Source: Proteromonas lacertae
Lineage: Eukaryota
NCBI GenBank assembly: GCA_002245135.1
Contig: NGBS01000056.1
Coordinates: forward strand, 1 to 43,054
Reading direction: 5' to 3'
DNA length: 43,054 nt
The first letter of the stretch is position 1; the number at the start of each line of letters is the position of its first letter. The notes under the pieces were generated by a model. It was given only the letters and a program-made list of their open reading frames with translations. It was not told the DNA's origin and made no database searches. Shown here piece after piece: positions 37,728-43,054 of this stretch. The position numbers and the translations under genes are program-made.

Positions 37728-38489
37728 TCAAGAAACTTCAGAATGATCTTCAATCAAAATATTAAAGTTAGCTCTAAACACTTTTTTAACATTATCAATA
37801 TATAAGAAGTTATATTGTGGCTTAGTAACAGCTAAATATAACTCTTTAAATGTTTCATATTCAGGTATCCATATATTCAATGAGTTGTATAAGTCAAACA
37901 AATTTCTATTACTCAATCCATAAAATGTTAAACAATAATCTACTTGTGATCTTGCTGAAGGTACTATATCAGTAATATATTGACTACTAATTATAATTTT
38001 TGATTTTAAATGTCTATTTTCTTTCATTAATACTGGTATGATATTAGCTGTTTTCAACTCTAAACTAAGATCATCAAATATTATAATATGTTCTGCATAC
38101 TCAAAATTATCTTTGTTTGTATCATCAATTGATTTCATTAACTTCTCTACTAAATTATCTCCTGAATAAGGTTCAAATAATGAATCGTTTTCATCATAAC
38201 TAATTTCATTATAATCTAATAACTCTTTAATTGAATCATATATCCTATCTTGTTTAATTGTACCTACGAAAAAATGTACATGTTGTTTTTTCTTATATTT
38301 TGGATCTATAATATGTCTTAATATATTGTATATCAAAGTAGTTTTCCCACTGTTCTTACGAGCTACAATAAATATATTGCAGAAAGGCTCATTAAAGTAA
38401 TCATATCCCAGAATTTTCTTAGGATCAAAAGACTCACCACCATCAACAGGTTCAATTTGTATATTATTTATTTTTTCAAATTTAAACAT
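37728..38489 (-). CDS. A32-like (FtsK-HerA) virion packaging ATPase
   Basis: Walker A IFIVARKNSGKTT, Walker B HIIIFDDL, then KENRHLKSKIIISSQY and IVPSARSQVDY. Likely ATG 38489. Confidence 0.93.
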   Translation of the reverse strand: MFKFEKINNIQIEPVDGGESFDPKKILGYDYFNEPFCNIFIVARKNSGKTTLIYNILRHIIDPKYKKKQHVHFFVGTIKQDRIYDSIKELLDYNEISYDENDSLFEPYSGDNLVEKLMKSIDDTNKDNFEYAEHIIIFDDLSLELKTANIIPVLMKENRHLKSKIIISSQYITDIVPSARSQVDYCLTFYGLSNRNLFDLYNSLNIWIPEYETFKELYLAVTKPQYNFLYIDNVKKVFRANFNILIEDHSEVS

Positions 38490-38559
38490 AGTGTGTGTAT
38501 ATATTATGTAGTGAGAAATCAAAAAATAAAAATAGAAGTCAATAATAAAGTATTATTAC

Positions 38560-39977
38560 TTATACTACCTTTTCAACACCTCTTGGTCCAATAATCAATT
38601 GTTTACCAGTAATTATGTAGAACTTATGATGAATTGTATATGGATTATGATTAGCATCAAATCGTTGATTTGAGCAATCCAAAGTAATTTTTAAATCACT
38701 TGCTAAGTCTTTACCAGCTCTTAATTTTAATTCAGTTAATCGATCAGTACTGAAATTTAGAACATCAAAAATGAATTGGGAAATGATAATGTATTACATT
38801 TATCAAATATTGTATTTTGAATAATATTTCTCATATATTCCCATGTCTGATATTTTGCAGGATATAAATAATCAGGTGTATAAACGAAATCATTAATTTG
38901 CCATCTTATTCTATCTTGATCTTGATCAAAAGGAATAGTATCTCTATTATATGCATCATTATAATATGCTCTGTATAATATATATTTAACATAACTTCCT
39001 ATGCTACTATTAATACTGAAGTTATAGTTAAAAGTATTACTACCTGGAATTGGATCTTTAGTGATTTGAACTATATTAAAGTCAGTAAAGTCAATAGGAT
39101 GATGAGTTGAATAATTAATGGTATTAGCATTACATGTTGGATCTTTATTGTAACAAATGTAAAGTCTAGGATTAATAATTTTCATTCCTACATGCTGTTG
39201 CCATGAATTAATCCAAACAGAACCATTGCTATGATGAATCCAATTCATTATAGGAGCAAATGTGAATTGAATATAAATGACTTCACCAAAATAAATATCA
39301 TTCTTCAAAGCTAATATGGTATTATAGAAATCTGCAAAATGAAATCTACAGTATAGTTTTCCATGTAATATATCTTCTGTTGTTCCCATTTCTTCCCAAT
39401 AATTCCAAACACCTCCATTTGCATTTAAAGTAGAATTAGAATTACATATAGTTGTTTCAGCTATTTTATTATTTCTAATGCGTAAGCCATCAAATAAATA
39501 TTCATAATAATGATAATCTTTTATATCATAAGGATACTGGTTAGCAATTTGATGAGCTAAATCTCGATATTCATTATAACTACTATCTAAATCACATAGA
39601 AGTGTTCCAGTTTTATTGTATACTTTGATAGTTCCAAAATTCATTGAATTCCTTAAATTTATATGATCTAACATTTTACCAGTAGTAGAATCAGTTACAG
39701 GTGTAATAGGTAATTTCCATTGTCCTTTACCTGCATCTGCATGATCTCTTTTTTGACCTGTAGTATAATCTAATTCAAATTCAAAGTAACTTTTAGATAG
39801 ATTAACACAATTATCACCAGATATTTCAAATGTAATAGCATCACTGTTTGAATTTAAAGATAAAACAGTCTCATTTCTGCTTTGGTTAGGTGTAACTAAA
39901 ATATGATTGTAGACAGGTATATAAGCTGGCACAATGCTTTCATGTTTTTGTGAATTAGGTACAGCAGTGATTGACAT
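38560..39977 (-). CDS. Putative double jelly-roll major capsid protein (~470 aa after correcting one frameshift)
   Basis: DAITFEISGDNCVNLSKSYFEFELD N-terminus typical of PLV MCPs; beta-rich; sits between the penton-like and ATPase genes. Adding one T to the T-run near 38767-38771 extends the frame to ...KQLIIGPRGVEKVV* at 38560. Confidence 0.8.
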
Positions 39978-40030
39978 ATTTTATGTTATTTTTTAAAAAT
40001 CAAAAAATGCTTAAAATAGCAAGAAATTTA

Positions 40031-41002
40031 TTAATACAAAATAATCTCAAAATAAATAGGTAAGTTATTTAAATCAATTGCATAACCATCTTGTTGAGAG
40101 ACTGATATATTCATTCGTTGATATTCGTGATATTGCATCTTTTTAGTTGTCCATTCAATTTGTGGATTAGTGAATGTAGTATAATCTGCATTTATATCAG
40201 TTACAGGTATATTTGCTAAAACCATTGAATTCTCACCACTATTAACCCAGTCACATCTAATTTGTATGAATGACACCCATAGTAAAGAAGGCTGATTTGG
40301 TAACAAATTAGAATAATAATTAAAATCTTTACTGAAATATGCATCACTTAAATGATTTGCATGATAAATTGATATACTTTTATTTATTTCATCTAAACCA
40401 AATAACTTATATGCTAAGTTAGGGAATTCCATACTAAAATCTGTAAAGTAATATTTTCCGAAATGAGTAATATAATTAAATTGTAACTTTAATCTATTTT
40501 CTGAAGTTTTTTCAAATTGAAGTACATCTGTTTGATCATCTACTTTATGAAATGGAAATCTATTTGCAAAATCTTCATCAGGTAATGGTTCCACTCCATT
40601 ATCAAATGCATAAAAAGTAAAACTTAAGAGATTTCTAGCAAAATAATCTAATAATTCTTTTCCTGTATATTTTCTTTGAGGTATTTTAATATCAATAGTT
40701 TTATTATAAGGTCCATTTTGGTTTTCAGGGTATGCCCATTTTATTGGATTTGTTTCATCTGGATTAATGCAGCTATAATAAGTAAAATTAAAGAGTATAT
40801 GATCATTTACTTCATCTTGTACTGTATAGAAGTTATTTGGAATAACTGCAGTAATTAAACTCATATATTGATATTTTTCAGTTATAGTTGGAGTATTAAT
40901 ACATCTTGTCCATCTATTTGAAAATTTTGAATCATAGTCTGATGTAGTTAAGAACAATGATCTTCTATTATTTATAACATTATTACTATCTTTAGGTTGC
41001 AT
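40031..41002 (-). CDS. Putative minor capsid (penton) protein
   Basis: SLITAVIPNNFYTV, IKIPQRKYTGKEL, AYKLFGL, VLANIPV, ISVSQQDGYAIDLNNLPIYFEI match the motif order of PLV/virophage single jelly-roll pentons. Confidence 0.8.
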   Translation of the reverse strand: MQPKDSNNVINNRRSLFLTTSDYDSKFSNRWTRCINTPTITEKYQYMSLITAVIPNNFYTVQDEVNDHILFNFTYYSCINPDETNPIKWAYPENQNGPYNKTIDIKIPQRKYTGKELLDYFARNLLSFTFYAFDNGVEPLPDEDFANRFPFHKVDDQTDVLQFEKTSENRLKLQFNYITHFGKYYFTDFSMEFPNLAYKLFGLDEINKSISIYHANHLSDAYFSKDFNYYSNLLPNQPSLLWVSFIQIRCDWVNSGENSMVLANIPVTDINADYTTFTNPQIEWTTKKMQYHEYQRMNISVSQQDGYAIDLNNLPIYFEIILY

Positions 41003-41085
41003 TATGATTTATAATTGTTGAGAAATATTAAAATATAATTTTATTTGAATTATTCTTTAATTTATATATCGTTATATATATATAT

Positions 41086-42276
41086 ATGCAACCACAACCA
41101 CAAGTTAACAATTCAAATGATGAAGAAGATGAACCAACAGATGATGATTATGAATATGAAGAAGATGAAGATAATGTACCTATTGATATGAACAGAATAA
41201 GACATAGAAGAAGACATAGAAGGAATCAAGTCATACCATTTCAAGATATAAGCGAAGATGATTTGAATAACTATGTGAATCAAGAAGTGAAAAGATTTAA
41301 CAAAGCATTGATTATGCAATATAGACTAATTCCTATAGGATGGCCAAATCATGAATTTAATAGAATATATAATTTATATGATGAACATATGAAAATGTTT
41401 AATTGGTGTAAGAATTTATTTGTAACAGGTCCTTTTGCACATGGCAAACCATTAGAAGCTTATAATCCAAAATTAGCAGGAAATGAAAATTCTGCTAATG
41501 CAAGAGAATGTGGAATATTTAAAACTCGTATAGCAGATGGTATTGATAAATTGTGTATGGCATCTGATTTTATATTACAAAGAAATCCATTTGTTGTTTT
41601 ACATCCAAAAGAGAGAATAGGTGTTACACAACTAGAAAATAGAAGAATTAAAAAAACTCATTATGAAATTGATGAAAGACATCCAGAACCAGAAAATGAT
41701 TTTAACATAATGAATAATGAACATTATAATAGTGCAGCTGAAATAAGAGCGGAAAATGTTATGCAAAATAGACATGATAATATGGTAAGAGGAGTATTAG
41801 TAAATGCAGACAATGGAAGTAATGATAATAACAATAATAACAACAATGGAAATAATAACAATGATAATAATGAAAATAATAACAATGCAAATTATGATAT
41901 AATTAGCTTTTGCGATTCTCTGAAAGATAAGATAAAGTTCTACATAGGTCGTTTAATGAGAACTAAATTTTGGTATTTAACAAATCAAAAAGAAGAAACA
42001 GCTTATTCAATTGCATTAATCATATACAACTGTGTAACTGATTTGTATATATTAGCTTTATATTACATACCAATATTAAAAGATAAGTTAAGTGGTAATT
42101 ATCAAAATGATAATGAATATACTTTACCATATCATCCTGATAGAAGAAATTTTATGGGATTACCAGATGGTGATAATAGAACAGGATATAGATATAACTA
42201 TTTAGCAACTATACAAAAAATATTAACAGAAGCGCATGTACCACAAGGTCAAATCAATACAAATATATTTTGCTAA
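41086..42276 (+). CDS. Hypothetical viral protein (acidic N-terminus, basic RIRHRRRHRR patch, Asn-rich insert)
   Basis: 396-aa intronless ORF divergent from the capsid module. Confidence 0.65.
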   Translation: MQPQPQVNNSNDEEDEPTDDDYEYEEDEDNVPIDMNRIRHRRRHRRNQVIPFQDISEDDLNNYVNQEVKRFNKALIMQYRLIPIGWPNHEFNRIYNLYDEHMKMFNWCKNLFVTGPFAHGKPLEAYNPKLAGNENSANARECGIFKTRIADGIDKLCMASDFILQRNPFVVLHPKERIGVTQLENRRIKKTHYEIDERHPEPENDFNIMNNEHYNSAAEIRAENVMQNRHDNMVRGVLVNADNGSNDNNNNNNNGNNNNDNNENNNNANYDIISFCDSLKDKIKFYIGRLMRTKFWYLTNQKEETAYSIALIIYNCVTDLYILALYYIPILKDKLSGNYQNDNEYTLPYHPDRRNFMGLPDGDNRTGYRYNYLATIQKILTEAHVPQGQINTNIFC

Positions 42277-42292
42277 TCCTATAACTTTTTAG

Positions 42293-43054
42293 AATGAATA
42301 GAGCTTTAGATACGCAACTTAACCGTCAAATTAACATAGAAGATCAGTTCCAGCTTATGTTGGAATGAATGTTGCAGATCATAGAAATTGGAGATATGTT
42401 GCACCAGCTAATTATCCTCCTGCTCATCCATCAATTACTGCAGATTGATTGATAGAAATGTCAATGCATTTTATAATGGCATCACCTGCAAATAGTGATA
42501 GTGAAGATAATGATAATAATCCATCAAGTAGTGATACTGAAGAAGATTCAGACACTTATGATCTTGGTGATATGAGTAATCAAATACCACCTCCTCCTTT
42601 GCCACCAAGACCTATGCCAGCAAGAACTGATCAACAACAACCACCTCCACCTCCTCCTGTATCAAATGTATCTAGATCTAATGTAATTAGTTTAGGTAAT
42701 CAATTTAATCCTCATCATCTTATACATCTGATAGATTTTCATTTTTAGTATCAGATGATTTGCTTAATGCTATACAAATCCAAATAGAGACTTTAATAAA
42801 TCTCATAGATTTTTAGCTAATAGAGAAAATGGCGCAAAAATAGGTGTAACTAGGATAATACAAGAGTTTTATACACAATTGTTAACAAATAATGGTAAAA
42901 TCTATTCATTGATGCATTTATACATAACCATAATCCACCTTGTACAATTGTAGATGAAAATTCAAGCAAGAGTTATATGTTCTTTACTGATTGGGTTAGA
43001 GAAGAAAACATCAATTTACCTTTATTACCTAGATCTAAATTTAATGCAACTGAA
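42293..43054 (+). CDS. Fragmented, frameshifted hypothetical viral ORF with acidic and poly-Pro segments; runs off the window
   Basis: Coding-like segments in alternating frames from ATG 42293 (MNRALDTQ; YVGMNVADHRNWRY; PPPPLPPRP; RFLANRENGAKIGV; MFFTDWVREENINLPLLP). Confidence 0.45.

Larger units (their letters stand above)
35645..43054. mobile_element. Endogenous Polinton-like virus / virophage-type element (left part; left boundary approximate, right end beyond the window)
   Basis: Compact, intronless, co-oriented minor capsid, major capsid and A32 ATPase module directly after an intron-containing host gene, preceded by a hairpin-rich non-coding end. Confidence 0.85.

Noticed and set aside
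200..38780. Programmed frameshifting or mass pseudogenisation (shifts near 209, 1437, 1817, 1911, 12840, 21715, 32363, 38769)
   Set aside because: Mostly single-base changes in homopolymer runs within otherwise conserved genes; long-read consensus error is the simplest explanation.
4185..41319. Short antisense or alternate-frame ORFs (e.g. 4185-4439, 5388-5618, 12027-12293, 19104-19574, 35387-35644, 36010-36192, 41113-41319) and 10657-10848
   Set aside because: Shadows of real genes or AT-rich chance ORFs with no recognisable motifs.

Overview
Very AT-rich eukaryotic DNA with mostly 27-38 nt GT(A)...AG introns. Intron size and gene content suggest a Blastocystis/Opalinata-like protist (inference). 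Bases 1 to ~35.6 kb are host genes: dual-specificity phosphatase, ACSBG-type acyl-CoA ligase, a degenerate HAD-IIA gene, PIG-S-like, YqjM-type old yellow enzyme, an inactive-looking nucleotidyltransferase-fold protein, a Crinkler/RHS-like SPRY-NTPase-NTPase-REase gene between degenerate direct repeats, a GH13-like/CBM48/GT5/CBM48 glycogen synthase fusion, and a ~3,900-aa Ig/PA14 surface protein. From ~35.65 kb to the window end lies an intron-free endogenous Polinton-like-virus/virophage-type element: minor capsid, major capsid, A32 packaging ATPase and a fibre-like ORF, with a hairpin-rich left end. Many single-base frameshifts fall in homopolymers and are probably assembly errors. All family assignments come from motif recognition by eye; no searches were run.
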